Part shown: one piece after another, positions 19,333-28,655 of the stretch
Layout: every line of letters starts with the position of its first letter
How positions within the stretch are numbered: the first letter of the stretch is position 1
Assembly: GCA_964291495.2 (NCBI GenBank)
Contig: OZ219871.1
Span: forward strand, 640,001-704,000
From: Dehalococcoidia bacterium
GTDB taxonomy: Bacteria > Chloroflexota > Dehalococcoidia > UBA2979
Reading direction: 5' to 3'
Length of the DNA: 64,000 nucleotides
Translations under genes and position numbers: made by a program
Notes under the pieces: generated by a model
What the model was told of the DNA's origin: nothing
The model's database searches: none
What the model saw: the letters and a program-made list of their open reading frames with translations, nothing else

Positions 19333-20559
19333 ATGGCGGATCAGCGACTCGCAGTTGTCGGCATCGGCGGCACTCCCTACGGCAACGCCGAGGGCTACCC
19401 GGTGACCAGCCTGCACGTGGAGGCGGCGAAGCGGGCGATGGACGACGCCGGCCTCAGCAAGCGCGACATCGACGGCCTCATCGTGTGCGACCACAGCCCG
19501 GACGTGAAGACGGCCTACCGCACCGCCGAGCACATGGGCATGGCCACCTGGCCGAAGCAGTTCCTGACGGCGGTGACCAACGGCGGCGTCGCCGCCGCGA
19601 TGGCCAACGATCTGGCGGCCCACGCCCTCAGGAGCGGCGAGGCCACCAACGTGCTCATCGTGGGCGGCGGGTCCGGGCGCGTGCGCCGCCAGGCGCAGGC
19701 GTCCCTAGCTCCCACGACCCCGGCCCAGTCCTATGTCGAGCGGGTCGCGGGACGCGGCCAGGAGACGATGTCCCTCGAGTTCGACGTGCCCTATGGCCCG
19801 TTCGGCGTCATCTCCTTCTACGCGCTGGCGGCCCAGCGCCACATGTACGAGTACGGCACGACCTCCGAGCAGATGGCGGCCGTCTCGGTGGCCTGTCGCA
19901 AGCACGCCTACATGAACCCCCGGGCCATGAAGCGAGAGCCGATCACGATCGATGACGTGATCAACTCGCCCTACATCTGCGAGCCGTTCCACCTGCTCGA
20001 CTGCTGCCTGCCCGCGGGCGGATCGGACGCCTACATCGTCACGACCGAGGACCGCGCGAGGGATCTGCGGCACCCGCCGATCTGGATGGACGGCATCGGG
20101 CACGCCCACTCGGCCTACCACACCGGGCTGCTCTGCACCCGCTCCGACTACGGGTTCGACATGATCCGGCAGGTGGGCAAGGTGGCGGGCGAACGCGCCT
20201 TCGCCCAGGCCGGGATCGAGCCCAAGGACGTCGACCTCGTGCAGCTGTACGACAGCTTCACCATGACCGTGCTGATGCAGCTCGAGGACTTCGGCTTCGC
20301 GCCCAAGGGCGAGGGCGGCCCCTTCGCCGAGGGCGGCCGCCTCGAGCTTGGAGGCGAGCTCCCGCTCAACACCAACGGCGGCATGCTCTCCATGGGTCAG
20401 TCCGGCGTGGGCTCCACGGTGATGTTCATGAACGAGGCCGTGGCGCAGCTGCGAGGAGACTGCGGCGAGCTGCAGGTCGCCGACGCCAAACACGCGCTGG
20501 TGGGCAGCGTCTCGGGCACCATGAGCAACTACGGCGCCACGATCTTCGCCGCCGACTGA
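19333..20559 (+). CDS. Thiolase-fold protein (SCP2-type)
   Basis: LAVVGIG, EYGTTSEQMAAV, PFHLLDCC, LYDSFT, NTNGGMLS, EAVAQLRG. RBS GGAGG. Confidence 0.9.
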   Translation: MADQRLAVVGIGGTPYGNAEGYPVTSLHVEAAKRAMDDAGLSKRDIDGLIVCDHSPDVKTAYRTAEHMGMATWPKQFLTAVTNGGVAAAMANDLAAHALRSGEATNVLIVGGGSGRVRRQAQASLAPTTPAQSYVERVAGRGQETMSLEFDVPYGPFGVISFYALAAQRHMYEYGTTSEQMAAVSVACRKHAYMNPRAMKREPITIDDVINSPYICEPFHLLDCCLPAGGSDAYIVTTEDRARDLRHPPIWMDGIGHAHSAYHTGLLCTRSDYGFDMIRQVGKVAGERAFAQAGIEPKDVDLVQLYDSFTMTVLMQLEDFGFAPKGEGGPFAEGGRLELGGELPLNTNGGMLSMGQSGVGSTVMFMNEAVAQLRGDCGELQVADAKHALVGSVSGTMSNYGATIFAAD

Positions 20560-20614
20560 GGCGGTCGGCGGAAACACCAGCCACGGCCCGCGCGAGTAGC
20601 GAAACGGAAGAACG

Positions 20615-21061
20615 ATGGCGACCGACAGCGACGCAGGATCCGCCGAGTACCGCAGAGAGATCCCGATCCCCAGCCCCGTCTCGCAGCCCTACTGGGATGC
20701 CTGCCGGCGGCATGAACTGAGAGGGCAGCGCTGCCGCACGTGCAACTGGCTCTGGATGTATCCGAGCCGCATGTGCCACAACCCGGACTGCAACACCCTG
20801 GACGACTACGACTGGGAGCAACTGGCCGGGACCGGCACGGTCTGGACCTTCACCGTCAACCATCGCGCCCCCAACGCCGAGTGGGAGGACGACCTGCCCT
20901 ACGTCTTCGGAGTGATCGAGCTGGACGAGGGCGTCATGATCACCAGCAACGTGATCGGCTGCGACCCGAGCGAGGTGCACATCGGCATGCCCGTGGAGGT
21001 GGTCTTCGAGGACGTCTCCGACGAGATCTCCCTGCCGAAGTTCAGGCCGCGCTCGACCTGA
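20615..21061 (+). CDS. DUF35 family Zn-ribbon/OB-fold protein
   Basis: PYWDACRRHELRGQRCRTC...CHNPDC, GTVWTFTV, ELDEG. Confidence 0.9.
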   Translation: MATDSDAGSAEYRREIPIPSPVSQPYWDACRRHELRGQRCRTCNWLWMYPSRMCHNPDCNTLDDYDWEQLAGTGTVWTFTVNHRAPNAEWEDDLPYVFGVIELDEGVMITSNVIGCDPSEVHIGMPVEVVFEDVSDEISLPKFRPRST

Positions 21062-21101
21062 CGCCGCGCGGACGGGACTGGGTAGGCCGGGCTGGGCGGC
21101 G

Positions 21102-22325
21102 CTAGTCGCGCTGCAGAATCGTGCACCCGAAGTTGGAGGCCACGCCCGAGGCGCCTCCGATGCAGACCATCGGCTTCTCCGCGGCCTGCCGCTCGCCCGC
21201 CTCGCCGCGCGCCTGCGAGATACCCTCGTACATTACCGCGAGGGTCCCGTTGCCCGACTGACCTTCCGAGAGCAGGCCGCCGTGCGTGTTGAGCGGCAAC
21301 TCGCCCCCGAGCTCGATGCGCCCGCCCTCGACGAAGGGACCGCCCTCGCCCTTCCCGCAGAAGCCGAAGTCCTCGATCGCCAGCAGGGCCGTGGTCGTGA
21401 AGCTGTCGTAGACCTGCAGACAGTCGATGTCGCTGCGCGAGACGCCGGCCTCGCCGAAGGCCTGGTCCCCGGCCATCTTGCCGACCGTCCGCACGATGTC
21501 GAAGCCCTCCGGAGACGGCGTACAGAGGTTGCCGACGTGGTAGTAGGACATGCCGTGCCCGGCCCCGAGGATCCAGACCGGAGGCTTTGGGCTGTCGTGC
21601 GCTCGCTCCTCCGAAGTCACGATGTAGGCGGTGGCAAAGCCGGGGGCGATGTAGGCGCAGTCGAGCAGGTGGTGCGGCCAGCTGATCCAGCGCGAGGTCA
21701 TGACATCCTCGATTGTGATCGGGTCGCGCAGGCAGGCGCGCTCGTTCATCGTCGCGTGCTTGCGGCAGGCCACGGCGATGGCCGCCAGTTGCTCGCTCGT
21801 GGTCCCGAACTCGTACATGTGCCTGGCCGCCACCGGGGCGTATATCGAATAGGCCCCACCCGTCCCGTAGGGCATCTCCCAGTCGTACGGGTGGGGGCTG
21901 CGCATCGACTCCCGGTAGGGCCGGACGGCGGCGCCGAAGGTGCGGCCGCGTCCGATGTAGTTTTCGCGGCCCCTGCCGCCGTCGAGCACCATCACGTAGT
22001 TGGCGAGGCCCTGCTCCAGATACCAGCGGGCCTGGTTGTTGGCGTAGCCGCTGCTCATCCCGCCGGTGTGCGGCAGGTCGATGACCTTCGCGTAGTTCCC
22101 GAAGCCCAGGTACTCGGCGAAGCGGTACTGCAACCTGGGGTCGGACCCGAATCCGGCCACCTGCGTGGTGATGATGCCGTCGATGTCGCTCTTCCGGAGG
22201 CCGGCGTCCTCGATAGCCGTCCTGGCTGCCCGGGCCAGCAGTTCGGGGACGGTGTGTCCTTCGACGTTGAAGCCGGTGGTCCGGGCCGCACCGACGATCG
22301 CCGCCTGTCTCGACAAGTTCGCCAT
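21102..22325 (-). CDS. Thiolase-fold protein (SCP2-type), close paralog of 10927-12150
   Basis: Long stretches identical to the 10927 protein, e.g. DGIITTQVAGFGSDPRLQYRFAEYLGFG and PMVCIGGASGVASNFGCTILQ. Confidence 0.9.
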   Translation of the reverse strand: MANLSRQAAIVGAARTTGFNVEGHTVPELLARAARTAIEDAGLRKSDIDGIITTQVAGFGSDPRLQYRFAEYLGFGNYAKVIDLPHTGGMSSGYANNQARWYLEQGLANYVMVLDGGRGRENYIGRGRTFGAAVRPYRESMRSPHPYDWEMPYGTGGAYSIYAPVAARHMYEFGTTSEQLAAIAVACRKHATMNERACLRDPITIEDVMTSRWISWPHHLLDCAYIAPGFATAYIVTSEERAHDSPKPPVWILGAGHGMSYYHVGNLCTPSPEGFDIVRTVGKMAGDQAFGEAGVSRSDIDCLQVYDSFTTTALLAIEDFGFCGKGEGGPFVEGGRIELGGELPLNTHGGLLSEGQSGNGTLAVMYEGISQARGEAGERQAAEKPMVCIGGASGVASNFGCTILQRD

Positions 22326-22373
22326 TGGTCTCCTCCGGTGGTGTGGGTCGCCGGTACGCGTGGCCGGGACAGG

Positions 22374-23648
22374 CTAGGCCACGGCGCCCGCTTCCCTGAG
22401 CGCCCCGATCTCGTCGTCGGAGAGACCCGCTTCGCGCAGGATCTCCTCGGTGTGCCGCCCCAGGACCGGAGCCGGGCCGGCGGGCCCCACGGCGGCCGCT
22501 GACATCTCGAAGATCCCGCTGAGCTGGCGCTGCGGGCCGGTCAGTTCGTCCTCGACCTCCACCATCAACTCGGCGGCCTGCGGGTCGTCGGCGACCTCCG
22601 CGGGCAGGAGCACGCGCGAGACCGGTACGCCGGCATCGAGCAGCTCGCTCAGGATCTCGTTCACGGTGCGGCGGCCGACCGCCTCGGCGATCGCCTGCCG
22701 GATTCCGAGGGAGCGCGCATGCACGGTCGGGTCGAGCGGATTGAAACCGGCGGCGTCGCCCCCGTCGTCCGGGATGCTCAGTACCTGGCGTGTCGCCGCG
22801 CGCATCCCCGGCGTGTACGCGCCGATGAAGACCGGTCCGTCCTTCGCCATGTATCCGCCCAGGAAGGGCCCGAAGATCGCCGCGAGGCTGGCCCGGGTCG
22901 CCTTGTAGCCGCGCAGCACGGAGCTGTAGTCGTCGCCCGCGGCGAAGCGCTCGTGCGCCTCCTCCAGGCTGTGGCCTTGCAGCACCGAATCGCTGACGGG
23001 CTCCTGCATGACCAGGCCGCCGATCATCACGATCGCGGACCGCAGCGAGGCCACGTCGACGAGCTGGCCCTCGCCGGACCGGGCGCGGTGGTAGAGCGCC
23101 GAGTTGACCCCGATGACCGCGGAGAGCCCGGTCGCGGCATCGATCGTCCCGCCGTGCGTGCCCATTGGCGCGCCGAACTCGTCGACGACGCCGAGCTCGG
23201 CCATGTAGCCGGAGTACGCCTGGGCGGCCAGGTCGGGCAGGGGCTCGTCCGCGCGCGGCCCGTGCCTCCCGAAGCCCGAGATCTGGACGTAGATCAGGTC
23301 CGGCCGCAGTCGCGAGAGGGTCTCGTAGTCGAGCTCCCGCTCGCGGACCGCAACCGGCCCAAGGTTGATGACGACGACGTCGAACGACGGGACGATGCGG
23401 TGGATCAGGGCGCGCCCCCGCGGGTCGTCGAGGTTCACGACCAGGCTGTGCTTGCCCCGGTTCAGGAACTGGAAGTCCTTGCTCGACCCGGCGGCCCCGT
23501 TCTCGCCACGTCGCATCGCGTCGCCGCCCGGAGGCTCGACCTTGACCACCTCCGCGCCGAGGTCCGCGAGCGTGCTGCCCGCCAGCGGTCCGGCGACGAC
23601 CTCGGAAAACTCGAGCACGCGCACGCCGTGGAGGGGACCTGGCGCCAT
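22374..23648 (-). CDS. Family III (CaiB/BaiF) CoA-transferase, paralog of 7394-8728
   Basis: MAPGPLHGVRVLEFS, PMGTHGGTIDA, EDELTGPQRQL, PAGPAPVLG. Confidence 0.9.
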   Translation of the reverse strand: MAPGPLHGVRVLEFSEVVAGPLAGSTLADLGAEVVKVEPPGGDAMRRGENGAAGSSKDFQFLNRGKHSLVVNLDDPRGRALIHRIVPSFDVVVINLGPVAVRERELDYETLSRLRPDLIYVQISGFGRHGPRADEPLPDLAAQAYSGYMAELGVVDEFGAPMGTHGGTIDAATGLSAVIGVNSALYHRARSGEGQLVDVASLRSAIVMIGGLVMQEPVSDSVLQGHSLEEAHERFAAGDDYSSVLRGYKATRASLAAIFGPFLGGYMAKDGPVFIGAYTPGMRAATRQVLSIPDDGGDAAGFNPLDPTVHARSLGIRQAIAEAVGRRTVNEILSELLDAGVPVSRVLLPAEVADDPQAAELMVEVEDELTGPQRQLSGIFEMSAAAVGPAGPAPVLGRHTEEILREAGLSDDEIGALREAGAVA

Positions 23649-23843
23649 GGTCGGCTCCCCCTTGCTAGCGGCGCCGTCCGCCGGGCGGCGGCGAATTCCA
23701 CGCTCGAGTCGCCACCAGGAATCTATCGAGGCAGCGCTCGCTCGCCAACCCAACCCGCGTCACCGGAGGTCAGGCCGGTTCCGCCGACGAGGCCGCGGGC
23801 CCAGCCTGCGTCGGCAGCACGGTGGATGCCCGGACCGAAGTGA

Positions 23844-25514
23844 CTAGAACGCGACCGTCTGCTGGTACTCGCCGAAGGCGCGCCGCATCACGCCCATGAT
23901 CTCGCCGAGCGTGGCGTAGGCGTTCACCGCGTCGAGGAGGCTCGGCATCACGTTGGTGTGCGGGTCGGCGCAGGCCTGCTCGAGCGCCCGCAGCGTGTCC
24001 GCGACCTGCTGCTGGTCGCGCTCGGCTCGCACGCGGTTGAGCCGCGTCATGTGGCGCTCGAAGCTCTCCTCGTTGATGCGGATCGTGGGCACCCCCGTGT
24101 CGTCGTCCATCAGGTACTCGTTCACGCCCACGATGACGCGCTCGCGCGCCTCGATCTCCTGCTGGTAGCGCCAGGCCGCCTCGGCGATCTCGCGGTGGAA
24201 GAACCCGGTTTCGAGGGCGCTGACGACGCCGCCGAGGTCGTCGATCTTGTCGAAGTAGCGGAGGCACTCGCGCTCCATCTCGTCGGTCAGCGCCTCGACG
24301 AAGTAGCTGCCGCCGAGCGGATCGACGGTGTTGGTGGCGCCGGACTCGTGGAGGAGCACCTGCTGGGTGCGGAGGGCGAGGCGGGCTGCCTCGTCGGAGG
24401 GCAGCGCGAGCGCCTCGTCCAGGGAGTTCGTGTGCAGGCTCTGCGTCCCGCCGAGCGCGGCCGCGAGCGACTGCACGGTCGAGCGCACGATGTTCACCTC
24501 GGGCTGCTGCTTGGTAAGCGAGCAGCCGGCGGTCTGCGCGTGGAAGCGCATCCAGAGGCTGCGCTCGTTCTTCGCGCCGAAGCGCTCCTTCATCACCCGC
24601 GACCAGATCCGGCGGGCCGCGCGCAGCTTCGCAATCTCCTCGAAGAAGTCGTTGTGGATGTTGAAGAAGAACGAGATGCGAGGCGCGATCGCGTCCACAT
24701 CGAGGCCGCGGTCGACGCACCACTGGACGTACTCGATCCCGTCCCGCAGCGTGAACGCCAGCTCCTGCGCCGCCGTCGAACCCGCTTCGCGGATGTGGTA
24801 GCCGGAGACGGAGATGCTGTTCCACTTCGGCATCTGCTCGCTGGCGAACTCGATGGTGTCGACCACCAGGCGCATCGAGGGTTCCGGCGGGAAGACGAAC
24901 TCGTTCTGGGCGATGTACTCCTTGAGGATGTCGTTCTGCAGCGTGCCGCCGAGCTCGCTGCGCGGTACGCCCGCCTTCTCCGCCGTCGCGATGTACATCG
25001 CCCAGATCACGGGCGCTGGCGAGTTGATCGTCATTGAGGTGGTGATCTGGTCGAGGGCGATCCCGTCGAACAGCACCTCCATGTCGGCGAGCGAGGACAC
25101 GCCGACGCCGCAGTGGCCGAACTCTCCCGCCGCCCACTCGTCGTCCGCGTCGTAGCCCATCAGCGTCGGCATGTCGAAGGCGACGGAGAGCCCCGTCTCG
25201 CCATGATCGAGCAGGTAGCGGTAACGCTCGTTGGTCTCCTCGGCGGAGCCGAACCCGGCGAACATGCGGATCGTCCAGGGCTTGCCGCGGTAGCCGGTGG
25301 GGTGGATGCCGCGTGTGAACGGATACTCGCCGGGGTTGCCGAGATCCTCGCTGTAGCTCAAGTCCGGGATGTCGACGGGGCTGTAGAGGCGCTCGACCGG
25401 GTGACTCGATGTCGTCATGAACGGGCCGGGAAGCTCGCGCCCGCTCGTGCGGACGCGCTCCTCGTACTCCGCCCGGCGTGACGCGAGCTCCTCCGGCGAG
25501 TCGACATCAGGCAC
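23844..25514 (-). CDS. B12-dependent acyl-CoA mutase, substrate-binding large subunit (isobutyryl-CoA mutase-like)
   Basis: [69 protein letters not shown]. No C-terminal DxHxxG B12-binding domain. Confidence 0.92.
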   Translation of the reverse strand: MPDVDSPEELASRRAEYEERVRTSGRELPGPFMTTSSHPVERLYSPVDIPDLSYSEDLGNPGEYPFTRGIHPTGYRGKPWTIRMFAGFGSAEETNERYRYLLDHGETGLSVAFDMPTLMGYDADDEWAAGEFGHCGVGVSSLADMEVLFDGIALDQITTSMTINSPAPVIWAMYIATAEKAGVPRSELGGTLQNDILKEYIAQNEFVFPPEPSMRLVVDTIEFASEQMPKWNSISVSGYHIREAGSTAAQELAFTLRDGIEYVQWCVDRGLDVDAIAPRISFFFNIHNDFFEEIAKLRAARRIWSRVMKERFGAKNERSLWMRFHAQTAGCSLTKQQPEVNIVRSTVQSLAAALGGTQSLHTNSLDEALALPSDEAARLALRTQQVLLHESGATNTVDPLGGSYFVEALTDEMERECLRYFDKIDDLGGVVSALETGFFHREIAEAAWRYQQEIEARERVIVGVNEYLMDDDTGVPTIRINEESFERHMTRLNRVRAERDQQQVADTLRALEQACADPHTNVMPSLLDAVNAYATLGEIMGVMRRAFGEYQQTVAF

Positions 25515-25572
25515 TGCTCAGCTCCATTCGATGCTGCGTGATGTTGCCCCGGCGGACGGCTGCCGGGCCGCC

Positions 25573-25621
25573 GAGTGAGCGTCCGCTCGTGATTCTCGGC
25601 GGGCCCGTTGGAGTGTGTCAA
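25573..25621 (-). promoter_or_regulatory. Promoter of the mutase gene with a motif A operator (25573-25592)
   Basis: Minus-strand TTGACA (25616-25621)-N18-GAGAAT, then the site that reads GAGTGAGCGTCCGCTCGTGA on the + strand (core TGAGCG-N2-CGCTCG). Confidence 0.5.
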
Positions 25622-25740
25622 GCAGCGCTCTTCGGCGGCGACACGACCGGCGGGAATGCTGCGGCATGAGCGAGTTGGCGGCAACCTTGGCGGCAGGCAT
25701 CCAGCGTTGTTGGCGCGGTCCGAAGTCCGGGCGGACCAGG

Positions 25741-25853
25741 GCTCTCGCCGACCGGCGGCAGCCCCTCGGCGAGCCGCACCTCGAGGGCGCCCCGGGCGCG
25801 ATGTCCATGCAGTGGACCTCGTGCCCGTGCTCGACGAGCTTGCGCATCACGCG
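25741..25853 (-). pseudogene. Possible remnant of an NAD-dependent epimerase/dehydratase
   Basis: Reads RVMRKLVEHGHEVHCMDIAP (Rossmann alphaA-betaB-like), then in another frame EVRLAEGLPPVG. No GxxGxxG and no body. Confidence 0.4.
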
Positions 25854-25993
25854 CGACGTCTGCGGCCGCCGTGAAGACGTACTCCCGCGTCGCCCAGGCC
25901 GCGCGAAGATGGACCTCGACGCAGCCGCTACGTATTGTCACTGCGGGCGCAAGCGCGAGGCCGCCGCGTTCGAGCATCGAAGGAGATGCAGTC

Positions 25994-27226
25994 ATGAAGT
26001 CCTTCCAGTTCCATCTCATGCCCTACCCGTATCTGCCTGGCACCGACCGCGAGTTCACGGACACGTACTCCAGCACCTGGGTGGACCTCCCGAACGAGCT
26101 CTTCGACAGCGAGCGCGGGCCGGGGGTCTACCGGTCCTACCTCCAGGACCTGGTCTGGGCGGAGCAGGTGGGGTTGGACGGCGTCGTGGTGAACGAGCAC
26201 CACCAGAACGCCTACGGCATCATGCCGTCGCCCAACCTGATCGCCGCCGCGCTCTCGCAGATCACGTCGCGCGTCAAGGTCGCCGTCCTCGGTAACGCGG
26301 TGCCGCTGCTGGAGGAGCCGCAGAAGATCGCGGAAGAGTTCGCGATGCTCGATCAACTGCTCGACGGGCGCTTCATCGGCGGGCTCGTGATTGGCACGGG
26401 GATGGAGTACTACTCCTACGGCACCAACCCCACGTTCGCGCGCGAGAAGTACCGCGAGGGCCTGGCGCTGATCCTGCAAGCGTGGACCCAGCCCGGGCCG
26501 ACGCAGTTCCACGGCGAGCACTTCCAGAACGCCTACCTCAATCCCTGGCCACGCCCGAAACAGCAGCCGCACCCGCCGATCTGGGTGCCCGGCGGGACCA
26601 GCCTCGAGACGATGGAGCTTTGCGTCGACAACGACTTCACGTACTGCATTACCGTGAACCCGGCGAAGGACGGATTGCGGGCTGCGGCGGAGACCTACCA
26701 GAAGGTGTTCGAGGACCGCGGCAAGCCCTACAACCCGGACAAGCTCGCCTGGCTGGTGCCGACCTACGTCACCACCTCGAGCGAGGCCGCCGAGGAAGAG
26801 GCGCACGACTCGTATCGCTACTTCACACGCCGCCTGCTGCTCGGGTTCGGCGGCGACGGGCGCGTCTGGACGGCTCCCGGCTACACCTCCGAGCGGTCTC
26901 GCGCCTCGTCGGGCGAGCGGATGAGGCAGATCATGGCGGGCCGCGGCGAGGGCCGCCCGGTCTGGGACGACCTCGACAACGGTGGGGTGATCCTGACCGG
27001 AAGCCCGGAGAAGGTGACGAACGAGTTCGTCGAACTCTGCACCGACTACGGGGTCGGCCACATCCTGCACCTCTTCCGCTTCGGGAACCTGCCCGAGGAC
27101 CTGGGCAGGCGAAGCGTGAAGATGTACGCAGAGGAGTGCCTGCCGACGATCCGCGAGCAGGTCGACAAGAATCTCAAGCAGAAGTGGCCCGCCTACACCG
27201 GCGAGGGCGCGGAGTGGAACTTCTAG
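25994..27226 (+). CDS. LLM class flavin-dependent oxidoreductase
   Basis: RBS AAGGAG; FHLMPY, GLDGVVVNEHHQNAYG, AEEFAMLD, PWPRPKQQPHPPIWVPG, LTGSPEKV. Confidence 0.92.
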   Translation: MKSFQFHLMPYPYLPGTDREFTDTYSSTWVDLPNELFDSERGPGVYRSYLQDLVWAEQVGLDGVVVNEHHQNAYGIMPSPNLIAAALSQITSRVKVAVLGNAVPLLEEPQKIAEEFAMLDQLLDGRFIGGLVIGTGMEYYSYGTNPTFAREKYREGLALILQAWTQPGPTQFHGEHFQNAYLNPWPRPKQQPHPPIWVPGGTSLETMELCVDNDFTYCITVNPAKDGLRAAAETYQKVFEDRGKPYNPDKLAWLVPTYVTTSSEAAEEEAHDSYRYFTRRLLLGFGGDGRVWTAPGYTSERSRASSGERMRQIMAGRGEGRPVWDDLDNGGVILTGSPEKVTNEFVELCTDYGVGHILHLFRFGNLPEDLGRRSVKMYAEECLPTIREQVDKNLKQKWPAYTGEGAEWNF

Positions 27227-27258
27227 GCGCCCTCGCGGCGCGCTGAGCGGGGGATGCG

Positions 27259-28095
27259 GTGGCACTCACACAGGAGACGATCCAGGTCGCGGACATTGAG
27301 ATCGGCGCGGCGAGGGCCGGGAACGGCGACACCGTGGTCTATCTGCACGACATCCTCGGAGACATCCACGGTCAACCGGAGGGTACTGAGGACAGCCTCC
27401 GCTTCCTCGAGAAGCTGTCCGAGCGCTTCGACGTGATCGCACCGGCGATCCCCGGCTACCGCGCCTCGCTTGAGGCTCAGGAAGCCGTCTACGACCTCGA
27501 GGACATGGCGCTGATCTTCGACGACCTTCTGGCGTCGCTCGGCAGCGGGAAGGCTTCGGTCGTCGGGCTCGGCCTCGGTGGCTGGGTGGCCGCCGAAGTG
27601 GCCACACGCAACCCGGAGCGCATCGGGAAGCTCGTGTTGATCTCACCCGCCGGCATCTCGCTTCCGGAGACCCCGATCAACCGCCTGATCTTCCCCGCCT
27701 TCAGCCCTCGCGCACGGTCGGGGTTCGGCGAGATGCGCACGCTGCTGTTCGGCGACCCGGAATCGGAGTTCGCCAAGCGGCTGATTCCGGACCCGCCCGG
27801 CCTCAGCCCCGAGTGGCAGCAGACGATGCGTTACTGCGCCAAGGGATCGGCACGCATCGGCTGGAAGCCCCAGTTCCTGTACAACCGCCGGCTCCCGCAG
27901 CGGCTGCGGCGCGTGACCGCCGACACGATGATCATCGCCTCGCGCACGGACGAGCTTGTACCGTTCGAGAACTTCCAGACGTACGTTGACGGCATCGCGG
28001 GCGCCGAGCTGGTCGAGATGGAGGGCAGCCATATGCTCCCGTTCGACCATCCCGACGAGGTAGCTGCGAACGTCGCGGAGTTCGTCAGTGGCTAG
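27259..28095 (+). CDS. Alpha/beta hydrolase fold protein lacking the nucleophile Ser
   Basis: VVYLHD, IAPAIPGY, elbow VGLGLGG, DELVP, GSHM. Directly downstream of the LLM gene. Confidence 0.85.
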   Translation: MALTQETIQVADIEIGAARAGNGDTVVYLHDILGDIHGQPEGTEDSLRFLEKLSERFDVIAPAIPGYRASLEAQEAVYDLEDMALIFDDLLASLGSGKASVVGLGLGGWVAAEVATRNPERIGKLVLISPAGISLPETPINRLIFPAFSPRARSGFGEMRTLLFGDPESEFAKRLIPDPPGLSPEWQQTMRYCAKGSARIGWKPQFLYNRRLPQRLRRVTADTMIIASRTDELVPFENFQTYVDGIAGAELVEMEGSHMLPFDHPDEVAANVAEFVSG

Positions 28096-28137
28096 CCGCC
28101 CGCGTCACCCGCGCCGGAGCTCCGGAGCCGGGGTGCG

Positions 28138-28323
28138 ATGAGCGACGAGGGAGCCACCACGGTCGAGCGCTGCGAGGAGTGCGGCGATCCACTGGAGTCC
28201 CCCGAGGACCGCGGCACCAACGCGGACGGGTCGCGCTCAGCCCGGTTCTGCCGGCTCTGCTACCGGGACGGTCAGTTCGTCGAGAGCCTGCCGGGACGCG
28301 GGGACGCCCTCTCCCCGCGCTGA
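28138..28323 (+). CDS. Small zinc-ribbon protein (Zn_ribbon_2-like)
   Basis: CEECGDPL...RGTNADGSRSARFCRLCYRDGQF matches the CxxCGxPL..GTxxDGS....CxxCYxxGxF pattern. Confidence 0.7.
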   Translation: MSDEGATTVERCEECGDPLESPEDRGTNADGSRSARFCRLCYRDGQFVESLPGRGDALSPR

Positions 28324-28475
28324 GTCCAGAGGCGGCGCACGCCTCGCTCGTTCGCCGGCGCCGTCCGATTCGCGCCCTGGAAGGGAACAGCTCCGCCACG
28401 GGCCCAACCTGCGTGTGTGTACGCACGTGGCCTGGCAGGCGTTGACCGCGTGGACAGGGCGAGCAACAGCAGGCG

Positions 28476-28619
28476 ATGGAGTACCTCGACGCCGTCGGGG
28501 AGCTGTTGAGCCGCTCCGGGGACAAGCTCTACCTCGACCGCGCGCTGTCGAAGAAGCAGATCCTGAGGGCCTGGCAAGCACTGGCGGGCCGCCACCAGGG
28601 CGTAGAATCCGGAAGGTAG
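28476..28619 (+). pseudogene. Possible C-terminal remnant of a large ATPase/TPR-type protein
   Basis: MEYLDAVGELLSRSGDKLYLDRALSKKQILRA(W...). Coding-like codon usage, and it resembles helical C-termini of Chloroflexota AAA/TPR proteins as I recall them. Confidence 0.3.
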
Positions 28620-28655
28620 AGCCATCGCGGACTCGATGGCGCGAGGAGCAATGAG

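Noticed and set aside
25515-25990. Cobalamin riboswitch upstream of the B12 mutase
   Set aside because: A GGGAA is present on the opposite strand, but I could not find the B12-box or the expected helices in the mutase orientation.
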